A stretch of DNA of 64,000 bases, taken from NCBI GenBank assembly GCA_038206135.1, contig JBBRBD010000002.1:2896-66895 (forward strand). The letters run 5' to 3'. The number at the start of each line of letters is the position of its first letter. The stretch's first letter is position 1. Below are positions 8,907 to 18,138 of the stretch, in pieces. The DNA comes from Patescibacteria group bacterium (GTDB lineage: Bacteria; Patescibacteriota; Microgenomatia; UBA8517). The translations under genes were made by a program, and so were the position numbers. Below the pieces are notes generated by a model that was not told the DNA's origin, did no database searches, and saw nothing but the letters and a program-made list of their open reading frames with translations.

Positions 8907-9989
8907 GTGAAAAGAATGAATCAAAAAAGAGATTCAGATCGTACGCCGGGGCTATTAGTTCCCCGGCATATCTTTACCAAAATTGCAGCAGAAGCTGCTT
9001 TACATCCTAAGACAGAAACTGGAGCATCTTTTGTAGGCATTGAAACTCATGATCTTATGGTTATCTTAGGGGTTATTCCTGATGAGGTAAACATCGAACG
9101 TTCTCCTGGATTATTTGTGAATGGGGGTGAGTATCAAGTTGAGCTTTTTCGCTGGTACAAAAAACACTGGGATATGATGAGAAAGGAATCTCGGTTGCTA
9201 GAGAACCAGATAAGCTGGTCTGCAACCGTGAAATTACCCTCGAATTATGTCCCACCAGAACTTGATTTCGATTTGAAATATCTAGGTGATTGGCATAAGC
9301 ATCCAGGATCAATGACGTATTTGAGTTCTCGTGACATACGCACAATTGGGAGTATTTTGTCGGATGTTGAGCAAAACCGTCATCAACTGCTGTCTCCAAT
9401 TGTAACAAAGCTTTCAGTACAGAATGACAGTCCTTTGCAGTCACATGAAGTGTCATTCGATAAGTTTCGTATGACTTGGTATTACTCAGCACGTAACATG
9501 ACAAAACCAGTAGGAATTAAATCATTTCCTATTAGTAACTCAAATCTACCTAGTTTGCCTCCAGTTCCGTGGCATCTCAAAGATCTGAGGAGATTTGATG
9601 ACGAGATCATGTACCTTGGGCTAAAAGGCTACCGTGTATTATCACGAATTCGTGATGTGGACAATGATTCTATTTGCGAGGTTGTTTTTTCGATAGAATC
9701 ACCGTGGCAGCCTAAGAAATATTTGGTAGTCACGAAATGGGATTACCCTGAAAGTGCGCCTCAAATCTACCAATATTCGACGATAGCTGAAGGTGATGAA
9801 GGGACACATATTGATGTCCAATCTTCAACAAAGAATGATTATATTGTAGATCTAATATCTACAGAGGAAGGATATCTTTATGAACCAACGCAACAACCAC
9901 TGGACGAGAATAGAAGACCTAGTTGGCTCGGGTTTCTCAAGATTGCGCCAAGTAAAATTAGGCGTTATTGGCCTCGGTTCACTCGGTAG
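8907..9989 (+). CDS. JAB/MPN (JAMM) metalloprotease, a deubiquitinase-like peptidase of the Ubl-conjugation operon
   Basis: GDWHKHPGSMTYLSSRD is an exact HxHx7Sx2D JAMM zinc motif. Upstream acidic residue is in IAAEAALHP. 360 aa. Confidence 0.7.
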   Translation: MKRMNQKRDSDRTPGLLVPRHIFTKIAAEAALHPKTETGASFVGIETHDLMVILGVIPDEVNIERSPGLFVNGGEYQVELFRWYKKHWDMMRKESRLLENQISWSATVKLPSNYVPPELDFDLKYLGDWHKHPGSMTYLSSRDIRTIGSILSDVEQNRHQLLSPIVTKLSVQNDSPLQSHEVSFDKFRMTWYYSARNMTKPVGIKSFPISNSNLPSLPPVPWHLKDLRRFDDEIMYLGLKGYRVLSRIRDVDNDSICEVVFSIESPWQPKKYLVVTKWDYPESAPQIYQYSTIAEGDEGTHIDVQSSTKNDYIVDLISTEEGYLYEPTQQPLDENRRPSWLGFLKIAPSKIRRYWPRFTR

Positions 9990-10743
9990 TTTAACAACAG
10001 TTCAACTCGCGATGTCTGGGGTTCAAAATTTTGTTTTGATTGACCCAGATATTCTTGAAGATAATAACATCGTTAGACACGCAGCAGATTTACGGTATGT
10101 CGGTATGTCTAAAGTTTTGGCAGTTAAGGACTTAATCCTAAATCGAAACTCTGAAGCAACCGTGAATGCAATTTCTGCAAATGTTATGGATTGCACAGAT
10201 GCTCTACATGATGTCGATTTTGTTCTTGTTGCAGGCTTGGGATCAGAGATTGTTACAACAAATGTAGCATTGAAGATTAGAGAACTGAACAAGATAGCAT
10301 TGTTCAGTGGCATCTATGAAAAAGCCGTTGCAGGAGAGGTCTTTATTGTTCATCCAACAATAGGGCCTTGCTACTCATGTTTTGCTAGTCGTTTGAGATC
10401 ATCAGAACCTCAAATACAGAAGGATGTTGATTACGGACTTCCAATTGACGAACTTAAGGCACAACCTGGACTTGGGTCTCATATTGTGAGAGTATCTTCA
10501 GTTTTTGCAGACTGGACATTACGCCTTGCAATCCATGATTCAAATATTTTGCCTTATTTCCCTGGTAATCTTGTAATATTGAGTAATGAGGCGTATAATT
10601 TTGGCAATGACAAGGAAGGTAATGCTCTCAGATTGCCACCTTCGTCTGCAAAGTGGCTTACAATAAAGAAATTACATAAGTGTAATATTTGTAGCCCACC
10701 AGATTTTCTGTTCGAATCGTTCGAAGAACTTGAAGGAGATTAA
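9880..10743 (+). CDS. E1-like ThiF/MoeB/HesA-family adenylyltransferase (minimal E1)
   Basis: Rossmann motif KLGVIGLGSLGSLTTVQLAMSGVQNFVLIDPDILEDNNIVRH (GxGxxG, then D.D.ve.sNl.Rq). Two CxxC pairs (CYSC ; CNIC). Strong RBS GAGGAAGG 8 nt upstream of the ATG at 9880, which lies inside the 3' end of the JAB ORF (110-nt overlap in a different frame). Confidence 0.7.
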   Translation: MNQRNNHWTRIEDLVGSGFSRLRQVKLGVIGLGSLGSLTTVQLAMSGVQNFVLIDPDILEDNNIVRHAADLRYVGMSKVLAVKDLILNRNSEATVNAISANVMDCTDALHDVDFVLVAGLGSEIVTTNVALKIRELNKIALFSGIYEKAVAGEVFIVHPTIGPCYSCFASRLRSSEPQIQKDVDYGLPIDELKAQPGLGSHIVRVSSVFADWTLRLAIHDSNILPYFPGNLVILSNEAYNFGNDKEGNALRLPPSSAKWLTIKKLHKCNICSPPDFLFESFEELEGD

Positions 10744-10744
10744 A

Positions 10745-10948
10745 ATGGCCACAGTTCCGACTCGTCGTGAAGGTCAATCCGATCCTAATCAGGAAGGTCG
10801 AGATGCTGAAGTTCGTGTGGGTACTACCGTTCCCGACGATCAATTGAGGCAAATGATGGGAAGTTTTGGTGATCTTGATGAAGAAGATGGCAATCCGGAT
10901 AGTCGTCCGGATGAAGTCGCCTTAAATAAAACCCGTACTTGGGGTTAA
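10745..10948 (+). CDS. Small (67 aa) acidic, low-complexity protein ending in Gly (…NKTRTWG). Candidate ubiquitin-like/Pup-like modifier, or a substrate, of the adjacent E1/E2/JAB enzymes.
   Basis: ATG sits 1 nt after the E1 stop codon and has RBS GAAGGAG. Sequence MATVPTRREGQSDPNQEGRDAEVRVGTTVPDDQLRQMMGSFGDLDEEDGNPDSRPDEVALNKTRTWG is predicted disordered and acidic with a C-terminal Gly. A rho-independent terminator follows immediately. Confidence 0.4.
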   Translation: MATVPTRREGQSDPNQEGRDAEVRVGTTVPDDQLRQMMGSFGDLDEEDGNPDSRPDEVALNKTRTWG

Positions 10949-10960
10949 GACATTTTCGTA

Positions 10961-10992
10961 GGGGTGAGGATAATTCCTCACCCTTTTTTGTT
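10961..10992 (+). terminator. Rho-independent terminator closing the E2-JAB-E1-small-protein operon
   Basis: GGGGTGAGGA taat TCCTCACCC followed by TTTTTTGTT. Confidence 0.6.
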
Positions 10993-11053
10993 GCAAACAA
11001 CCCATAATTATGTTAAAATGCTGAACTCCTGGAAAATAGTAGCATAAAGTTAT

Positions 11054-13348
11054 ATGCTGACTGTACATATGCCAGAAGACACCCCAGAAAATATGAAAGA
11101 ATTAGGATTAGAACACGGAGTAGACACTTCAATTCATAGTGATTTCGGTGATTTTGCGCCACCAACATATGAGCATGGTCAAGGTAATAGTCATAACGTA
11201 AATAACGATAATTTAGGCGAAGATAAGCGGTTTGTGTCTGAAGGAGATATGGATATTCTTGCGAAAGCATTACTTCTTTCATCTCGAGAACAAGATGAAT
11301 TATCAGATAATGATAAGGCTTGGATAAATGATCACAAAGGTGCAATTACAAACGCGGTGAGGAACGGAAATTTTGACAGTCATTTTGCCAACCAATTAGG
11401 AATAAGGGGTGAACAGGAAAACACTCCAAATGCTCCTCAAACCACCGTAGATGATGATAGATGGAGTGCTTTTGGTGGAGTTGATTGGGATGCTGCTGCG
11501 AATTCAGGTGAAGCTACTGTACCTCCTGTCAATATTCCTGAAGATCAAAAAAACAACTGGTATCGAGAGTTAGCGGAAGATTGGAGATCTAAACCTCAAA
11601 CGCGAGAATATTGGATTGGAAATCAAGAAAAGGGTGTACAAGACAAACGCTCTATTTTGCAAAACGCTGGAATGACAGATCAAGAAATTAGTGAACTGGT
11701 TAATGACCATACATTTCAAAATAACAGTCGTGCTGGGAAGCCTGTACGTCCAGAAGATATCTCTGAGATAAATGTTTCTAAGCCGGTGAGAGTTGATTCT
11801 CATAATCCAGTTGTAGCAATTGGAACTGAAAGGGTAATACCGACTCCTTTGACTGAGTCCGACCATTCTGGGAACCGTGACTACTTAAAAGGTATCGAAA
11901 GCATGGAATTAAAAGAGCAAATTAAACAGATACGTTTGTTGTGTCAAGACATTCAAGCAACGTATCCAGATCTTCCATTGAGGGAAATCTCTCGGCAAGA
12001 TCCTGAAATATCAGCACAAATTGGAAGACTTGAGCGTGAGATGCGAAAATCAGAATCTCGAACTCCACATTTGGAAATCTTCAAAGAAGCCCTAATGGAG
12101 GCAAAAGTTTTTATTGGATTGCATGATACTGTTGCAAATCTAAATCAAGTAAATTTTAAGGCAGATGAGGTCGAACGTGACATTAAAGCAAAGTATAAAA
12201 CGTTAGAAGACCAGAAACGCGCTCTTTCAGGTGTTGATTTGGCAGCGCTTCTTAAGAATGAAGTTATTTCATTTAGAGGTAGTAACAGAGAAACAGCCAC
12301 CAAGTATCACGAAGGATTGCCCGTAGGGAAAGCACATATGTTATTGCAGGAAGTTTCGACAAAGGGTTTGCCTTTAAATCCTGAAATTCGTTTGGGAGAT
12401 CCTCGTCTAACAGCCGACCAAAAAGCTCTTATTAAAGACTATTTGTACACTGAAATTAAGAAGGTACCAGATATCGAAGATCCCGATTGGACACTTGAGC
12501 TAGCAGAACTTTATGACAAATTTAGTTATGGAACAAGTTTAAGAAATTTAAAAGGATCAGACCCTGTATCAAAAGCAATGTATTTACAACAATTTAGAGA
12601 ATCTACCTTGGAGAAAAAACAGGCAGGAACAACAGGGGATGACCTTGGTCCATACTATACAATAGATGCTGTTCCTTCCGTTGGCTTAACTTCACTAGAT
12701 AGACATATCAGTATCAAAGATAGTGCTGGAAATTCCCACAAACTTGCAAATGCAAGACTTTGGGAAACAGATCCTAGTATTTCAGGCTTAATTCTACCGT
12801 ATGATTTACAACGATATGATCCATATAACCCTGTTCGAAGTGCCTCTACCATTGTTGACCCTACAACACTTAGATGGGAAGATGTTACTTCAACTGACAT
12901 AAAAGATTATTTTACTAAAGCAGTTCCTGCTGGTGTACAGGCAACAGATTGGTTCCTTCGATCCGATTGGTCACTGTCAGAACTTAGAAAAGACAATTTA
13001 GAGAAGTTGCGTTCAAGTTTTAATGTGTTAGACCCAGATGATAATTTGAAATTAGCACCACTGTTAGTCATTGGAATTCTCACTGAATATCAAGCGACAG
13101 TTAACCCAAGTACAGAAAAAGTAGAAGGAACCTTCGGGGATCCGTTTGCAGTGAGAAGATTCCTTGACTTATTGAAGCGTCAACCGAATCCATTTTTAAA
13201 ACCCGAACAAGTGACATACATTGAGTCAGGATTGATGATTGAAGATGAATCGGGAAGAGAACGCAAACTTGACCCAGTAGGATTCGCACACAACATTAGA
13301 CTTCGAAGAACATATACTCGACCACTCCAACCTGTAATCCGTTCATAA
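11054..13348 (+). CDS. Large hypothetical soluble protein (about 750 aa) with no recognisable domain. Possible effector or target linked to the Ubl-conjugation operon or the T4SS.
   Basis: Long uninterrupted ORF with its own promoter-like region after the terminator. No signal peptide or TM segment. Confidence 0.55.
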   Translation: MLTVHMPEDTPENMKELGLEHGVDTSIHSDFGDFAPPTYEHGQGNSHNVNNDNLGEDKRFVSEGDMDILAKALLLSSREQDELSDNDKAWINDHKGAITNAVRNGNFDSHFANQLGIRGEQENTPNAPQTTVDDDRWSAFGGVDWDAAANSGEATVPPVNIPEDQKNNWYRELAEDWRSKPQTREYWIGNQEKGVQDKRSILQNAGMTDQEISELVNDHTFQNNSRAGKPVRPEDISEINVSKPVRVDSHNPVVAIGTERVIPTPLTESDHSGNRDYLKGIESMELKEQIKQIRLLCQDIQATYPDLPLREISRQDPEISAQIGRLEREMRKSESRTPHLEIFKEALMEAKVFIGLHDTVANLNQVNFKADEVERDIKAKYKTLEDQKRALSGVDLAALLKNEVISFRGSNRETATKYHEGLPVGKAHMLLQEVSTKGLPLNPEIRLGDPRLTADQKALIKDYLYTEIKKVPDIEDPDWTLELAELYDKFSYGTSLRNLKGSDPVSKAMYLQQFRESTLEKKQAGTTGDDLGPYYTIDAVPSVGLTSLDRHISIKDSAGNSHKLANARLWETDPSISGLILPYDLQRYDPYNPVRSASTIVDPTTLRWEDVTSTDIKDYFTKAVPAGVQATDWFLRSDWSLSELRKDNLEKLRSSFNVLDPDDNLKLAPLLVIGILTEYQATVNPSTEKVEGTFGDPFAVRRFLDLLKRQPNPFLKPEQVTYIESGLMIEDESGRERKLDPVGFAHNIRLRRTYTRPLQPVIRS

Positions 13349-13406
13349 TTTAATCTGTAGTAAGTATCAAGAATATTTACGACTTCTCAATTTATTGAAG
13401 TAAAAT

Positions 13407-15074
13407 TTATAAACCTTGCTTTTTAGATTGTCCAGATGGCTTGATTTGTTGATTTAGAGCACCTGTTGTATTCTGAGCCTGTCTCAATGTGTCTTCTGTT
13501 CGCTTAGCAGCTTTAGCTTGTTGCCACTCTTCTTGTCTTCTTGATCCAAAAGTTTGGACCCTTCCAAGAACATTGTTAGTTAATTCTTTTCGCACATCTT
13601 TAATTTGTCCTCCTATTGCACCTCCCACAATGCCAGCGCCGAGCATTGTTCCGAATGTGTCAGCTCCATAGCTTCCTCTACCTGAAGCAATTTGATCTCT
13701 CACTCCAGAGGCGATTTTGGGTGCTGAAAAGATGATTCCGAAACCAATAAAGAAGGCAAGAATTTGAATAGGGAAACCTCCAAAACCTGGAAGTAAAATT
13801 GCACTTCCGTTTACTTGGTTTGTTGCAAAGTTGAAGTAGTTTGCACCTCCTGTTAGGATATCTCCGAGCCATCCATTTAAATCAATTGTCATTGTCCAAA
13901 ACACCATGTGTGCTAAGAGCATTGTTAAACAAATAGCTACAAATACAGATAATTGTGCAACCATTTGTCGAATCCAACCACCGATCCCTGGCCCAATTGA
14001 AACCACACCCAGAAGGCCAATAATTGGGGCTCCAATCACCAAAAAGACAATCATAGTGAAAGCTTTAAGCATAGTTACAAATATTCTAAAAATTGCTACT
14101 AGCCCGAGTCCTAGTAGAATTACACCGATAAGTCCGGCTACTGCTCCAACAATTGTTGCGAGTCCACCAGTTGCAATTGTTCCAATTACAGCAGTAGCTC
14201 CTGCTCCAAAGATAAATCCACCTAAAATTATGGTCCAGCCAGTAAATGCTGCAATTGGGTTGTTTAGTTTATTAAAGATGTCAATAACATTTGGAGCACC
14301 ACCTTTAAATAGCCCGCTTTGTGCGACTATTGCAGAGGAAAGTCCCATTACGACATATGCCAAATCTATAATAAGTCCTGCTATTGCATATGAAAAAGTA
14401 ATAAAGATAAGGGCAATTGCAACTTTGGGAAGTGCAGACTGTACACTTACGACTACTTGAGGAGCTATCTTTTGCCTTAACATAATCATAAATGCAAGAA
14501 TAATGATCACAAATGACATGAGTCCAAAAGCAACATTCCTAAATGCTACCCACAATCTTTGGAGTGGTTGAAGTGCTCCGAAACCAGTTCCTTCTTGAGC
14601 ATAAGCATCCTGTACTGGAGAATATTGCCTTATTTTCTGAGCAACATAGTCAATACCAGACGCTGGCTTATGAGATAAAAACGAGTCGGCAGCTCCCGCT
14701 AAAAACAAAACTGGACTACTCAATGGTGCTTCTGCCTGAATGTTTGAAACACATTGTGAAGTATTTGCCCCTGCACTAAAACACTGAGACATTGATCCAG
14801 CCTGAAGTAGCGCAAGGGAATTGACTATCCAATTGACTTGAGCGAACGTATATCTCTCACCAAAAATATCTGTATCATTTGCGCTTCCTGGAGGGAATAC
14901 TTTTGAATTGAATGTGTTTAAATCTGGGTTCCACCATTGGGTAGCATTTCCTGCTGGGGCAGTTTGTGCATGAACATTTGAGATGGGATAGGCCACTGAA
15001 ACAATCACCAATAGAAGTGTTGTAATAGCCAATAATTTATTTTTCATATTTGTAAAAACTTCTATCTTAAACAT
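13407..15074 (-). CDS. VirB6/TrbL-like polytopic membrane protein with N-terminal signal peptide and hydrophilic C-terminal tail
   Basis: 555 aa. Signal-like N-terminus (KNKLLAITTLLLVIVSVAYPISNVHAQ). At least 6 Gly/Ala/Ile-rich TM helices. Charged C-terminus. Sits next to the pilin gene. Confidence 0.5.
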   Translation of the reverse strand: MFKIEVFTNMKNKLLAITTLLLVIVSVAYPISNVHAQTAPAGNATQWWNPDLNTFNSKVFPPGSANDTDIFGERYTFAQVNWIVNSLALLQAGSMSQCFSAGANTSQCVSNIQAEAPLSSPVLFLAGAADSFLSHKPASGIDYVAQKIRQYSPVQDAYAQEGTGFGALQPLQRLWVAFRNVAFGLMSFVIIILAFMIMLRQKIAPQVVVSVQSALPKVAIALIFITFSYAIAGLIIDLAYVVMGLSSAIVAQSGLFKGGAPNVIDIFNKLNNPIAAFTGWTIILGGFIFGAGATAVIGTIATGGLATIVGAVAGLIGVILLGLGLVAIFRIFVTMLKAFTMIVFLVIGAPIIGLLGVVSIGPGIGGWIRQMVAQLSVFVAICLTMLLAHMVFWTMTIDLNGWLGDILTGGANYFNFATNQVNGSAILLPGFGGFPIQILAFFIGFGIIFSAPKIASGVRDQIASGRGSYGADTFGTMLGAGIVGGAIGGQIKDVRKELTNNVLGRVQTFGSRRQEEWQQAKAAKRTEDTLRQAQNTTGALNQQIKPSGQSKKQGL

Positions 15075-15112
15075 ACATGAACTGAACTAAATCACGCAAG
15101 GACGAAACAGAA

Positions 15113-15427
15113 TTATTTTTGATATATCGTAAAGGTTAAAATCGAGTTTATTCCAATAAATCTAGCAATAATAACAAGCAGTAAGAATGACAATGCTAGA
15201 ACAACAATTCCAATTACTGCATATGTTGCCATGTTTCGTGCGGCTTCCGCTCTTTTAGGGTCACTTCCTGCCATAATAAGGTTAACGCCAGCCAAAAGCA
15301 AAATAATAAAGGCTACAATTCCCGCAAGCGGAATAGCTGCGCGCAAAACATTTGCAAATATATCTTCAAATTCTGAAAGAGTGTTTGGGGTACTAGTTAC
15401 AAGTTGTGCAAAAACTAAAGAGAACAT
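15113..15427 (-). CDS. TrbC/VirB2-family T4SS pilin-like protein
   Basis: 104 aa. Leader then two hydrophobic helices separated by AGSDPKRAEAARNMATY. Same architecture as the tandem pilin paralogs at 20.3-22.6 kb. Confidence 0.6.
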   Translation of the reverse strand: MFSLVFAQLVTSTPNTLSEFEDIFANVLRAAIPLAGIVAFIILLLAGVNLIMAGSDPKRAEAARNMATYAVIGIVVLALSFLLLVIIARFIGINSILTFTIYQK

Positions 15428-15436
15428 AATTATATG

Positions 15437-16912
15437 TTAACTGTTTTTGCAAGAGTTTGGTAGAGGGCGCTCATATAAAACAGAAGCTTCGTCCTCATAC
15501 ACTATTTTCCACACTTTTTTATCAAGTTCCTCTGTCAAATTTATGGGTGATATCTCATTTATCAACTGAGAAGGAGAATTTTCTCTAGTCCATAAAAACC
15601 TGGTGATACAAAATTCTTCAAGTATTGGTTTAATAGGTTCATTTTTAAGACTGAGTGAAATATACGATTGAAGAGCATTTTGTAATTCATTGGGTTTAGT
15701 ATCTTGTCTCCATGGAATCATACGACCGTCAATAAAGACTTTATTTTTTGGAGACTTCCACAAAAGGTATGTATTCCAGTGCAATATTGAAAAAATGTTT
15801 CCTTCATGAGGGTTTTTCGAAATGTAAATGACGGCATTCTCAGGATAAGCTAATTGACTCACAATTATTTTGCTTCGTACGTTTAATATTGTTTCAATAA
15901 TAAGTAAAATAACCCCAAATATAATCGTAATACGAAGAATTTGTAGTAAACGTTTTTTGTCTATCATTTTATTCGCTAAAAATTTATTGCTTGCTTTAAC
16001 GATCACAAAGCTAGCGCTTAAAGCAAAGAGAGGGAGTACTCTTGTTGAAAGCAAACCATTGAGAAGCAGCAGTATCGTAAATATCTCAAGCCATCTGACT
16101 TTCTTTGTCAACCATAGAGTAGTGAAAAACAGTGAGATTAAAGCCAACAAGCTAAAACTAGTAACACGTGTTGCCGGTTGCCATTCAAGTACATATCTAT
16201 TTAAGGGATTTATTATAGTACTGAGTGTCTCTCTCCAAGTACCCAAAAAGTATGGGGTTATTGCTGTGACTAAAGTTGCGGTTAAAACAATGAAAAACAA
16301 ATGCATCTTTAACTTCGAATCAACTGTCTCTGATGAAAAAAGTAAGATGTCTATAATCCAATATCCCCACAGGTATATAACTCCCAGTATAAAACCACCA
16401 TGTAAATTTACCCATAGAAATAGAATTAGCGGAATTGAAATCGCGAGCATTCGAATGTTTTTTTTTGACCGTGACATTAGTGCTATTATTGTCGCTGTCA
16501 ACAGAAAACTAGTTGCTTGAGCACGTGTTCCAAAATTATCCAAACAGCTTGCAGCAAGAAGTGGCATAATCCAAATAGCATTGCCACTCGCTATATAAAT
16601 GCCAATCGTTGCAATTAAAGAGCAAAGAGCAGCGACTCCTACATATCCCAAGTGAAATTTTGAATACACGAGTGCGAAGATAACACTCATACCCCAGGAG
16701 TGGTCAATGTATTTGTATGAGGGCATTGTATAGCTATATGGATCATTAAAATAAAAATTTCCGGAAAGGATGTCCGTCCCGTGCCTCATATGCCAAGGAA
16801 AGTCTGGATCAAGAAATGAATATGCAGCTGCAAATAAGCATATAAATACGATTATCAGAATAAGATTTCTTGCTTTGAAGTATCTTGAAGGCCACTTATT
16901 GATAGTGGTCAT
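15437..16912 (-). CDS. GT-C-fold glycosyltransferase-like polytopic membrane protein (paralog of 18139..19605)
   Basis: 491 aa. About 11 TM helices plus a ~120-aa soluble C-terminal domain. Acidic DPD motif in the first extracytoplasmic loop (FLDPDFPWHMRHGTDIL). Shares YSYTMPSYKYIDHSWG with its paralog. Confidence 0.5.
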   Translation of the reverse strand: MTTINKWPSRYFKARNLILIIVFICLFAAAYSFLDPDFPWHMRHGTDILSGNFYFNDPYSYTMPSYKYIDHSWGMSVIFALVYSKFHLGYVGVAALCSLIATIGIYIASGNAIWIMPLLAASCLDNFGTRAQATSFLLTATIIALMSRSKKNIRMLAISIPLILFLWVNLHGGFILGVIYLWGYWIIDILLFSSETVDSKLKMHLFFIVLTATLVTAITPYFLGTWRETLSTIINPLNRYVLEWQPATRVTSFSLLALISLFFTTLWLTKKVRWLEIFTILLLLNGLLSTRVLPLFALSASFVIVKASNKFLANKMIDKKRLLQILRITIIFGVILLIIETILNVRSKIIVSQLAYPENAVIYISKNPHEGNIFSILHWNTYLLWKSPKNKVFIDGRMIPWRQDTKPNELQNALQSYISLSLKNEPIKPILEEFCITRFLWTRENSPSQLINEISPINLTEELDKKVWKIVYEDEASVLYERPLPNSCKNS

Positions 16913-16951
16913 TTTTGTGATTTCTATTAAATGTAATCATTCATTATTGTA

Positions 16952-18136
16952 TTGAACTCTGTCATAATTCACAATATTTCAGATATGAAAATGTTTTTTA
17001 GAATCCACAAACAAAAAATTAAATATATACTAATTTTGTTTTTATTATCTCGAGTATTTCTAGAAGGAGCAGGTCTGATTGGTGATAGGTGGCTCAAAAA
17101 TGTCAGTACGAACCCTTCAGAGTGGCAAGAAACTAACACTAATATTCCATCCCTTGATATTTGGGCTGTGTGGGATTCTGGATGGTATTTAAATATTGCA
17201 AAATATGGCTATTCAAATGTCACACCAGAAAACCATCCATCAGTAGTTACACCGCAAATGCACAACATTGGGTTTTTTCCGTTGTACCCTGTTTTTATTC
17301 AAGGTATTTCATATATTACTCAAAATAATTATGTTGCCGCGTTAATTGTTTCGAACCTGGCCCTGCTAATTAGTTGTTTTTTACTCTACGAAATTGTTAT
17401 GGAGAAGTATGATGAAATGACAGCAAAACAGACTATAAAGTATTTACTAATTTTTCCCACGTCCTTTATCTTATCTGGTGTTTTTTCTGAGTCTCTTTTC
17501 CTCTTGTTTTTGTTAATATGTTTTTATTTTGCGCAAAAAGGAAAATGGGGAGTAGTTGGTGTCTCTGGTTATTTCCTTTCACTGACTCGGCCTACGGGGT
17601 TTCTACTGGTAATCCCGCTTCTGTTTCTGTATCTAAAAAATTGCAGGTTTGAATTTAAAAAAATAAAACCTAATATCTTATATCTTTCATTATTTGGTAT
17701 GGGAGTTTTTACTTTCATGATTTACACACACCTGTTAAATGGTGATTTTTTAGCCTATTTTCACGCGCAAGAAACAGGCTGGCTCGTCACACATTCTAAT
17801 CCACTAAACATGCTTCAAATGCTCTATTTATATAGTCCAAGCACAAGAATTGTTTTCTGGTTTATACTTGCAGAACTTTTTTTGATTTTTATACATATAA
17901 AGAAAGTTTCACTGGATTATTTGTTAGTCGCTGCAATTTTACTTGGCATACCTCTAATAGAGGGTTTTGGGCCAACTTTCAGTTTACCTAGAATGTCCGT
18001 CGTTGTTTTTCCTTTATTTATAATAATTGCAAAAATGGCAAAAGATAAATATGTTGATAGTGCATTAACATTCGGATTATTATTTCTTCAATTTATATTA
18101 ATGATTTTGTGGAGTAATGGAATTCTGATTATTTAA
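16952..18136 (+). CDS. PIG-V/GT-C-like mannosyltransferase-family membrane protein
   Basis: 394 aa, multi-TM. WDSGWYLNIAKYGY....FFPLYP resembles the conserved motif of PIG-V-type (GT76) and DUF2029-like lipid-linked glycosyltransferases. Confidence 0.45.
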   Translation: MNSVIIHNISDMKMFFRIHKQKIKYILILFLLSRVFLEGAGLIGDRWLKNVSTNPSEWQETNTNIPSLDIWAVWDSGWYLNIAKYGYSNVTPENHPSVVTPQMHNIGFFPLYPVFIQGISYITQNNYVAALIVSNLALLISCFLLYEIVMEKYDEMTAKQTIKYLLIFPTSFILSGVFSESLFLLFLLICFYFAQKGKWGVVGVSGYFLSLTRPTGFLLVIPLLFLYLKNCRFEFKKIKPNILYLSLFGMGVFTFMIYTHLLNGDFLAYFHAQETGWLVTHSNPLNMLQMLYLYSPSTRIVFWFILAELFLIFIHIKKVSLDYLLVAAILLGIPLIEGFGPTFSLPRMSVVVFPLFIIIAKMAKDKYVDSALTFGLLFLQFILMILWSNGILII

Positions 18137-18138
18137 TT

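Noticed and set aside
10730-10744. Upstream TTG start for the small acidic protein, as called in the ORF track
   Set aside because: The ATG at 10745 has an ideally spaced GAAGGAG RBS and sits 1 nt after the E1 stop. The TTG start would place the RBS inside the coding sequence.
13906-14460. 184-aa plus-strand ORF
   Set aside because: It is antisense within the VirB6-like polytopic membrane protein gene. The translation is low-complexity Pro/Ile/Ala.
15870-16520. 216-aa plus-strand ORF
   Set aside because: It is antisense within the GT-C paralog gene 15437..16912.
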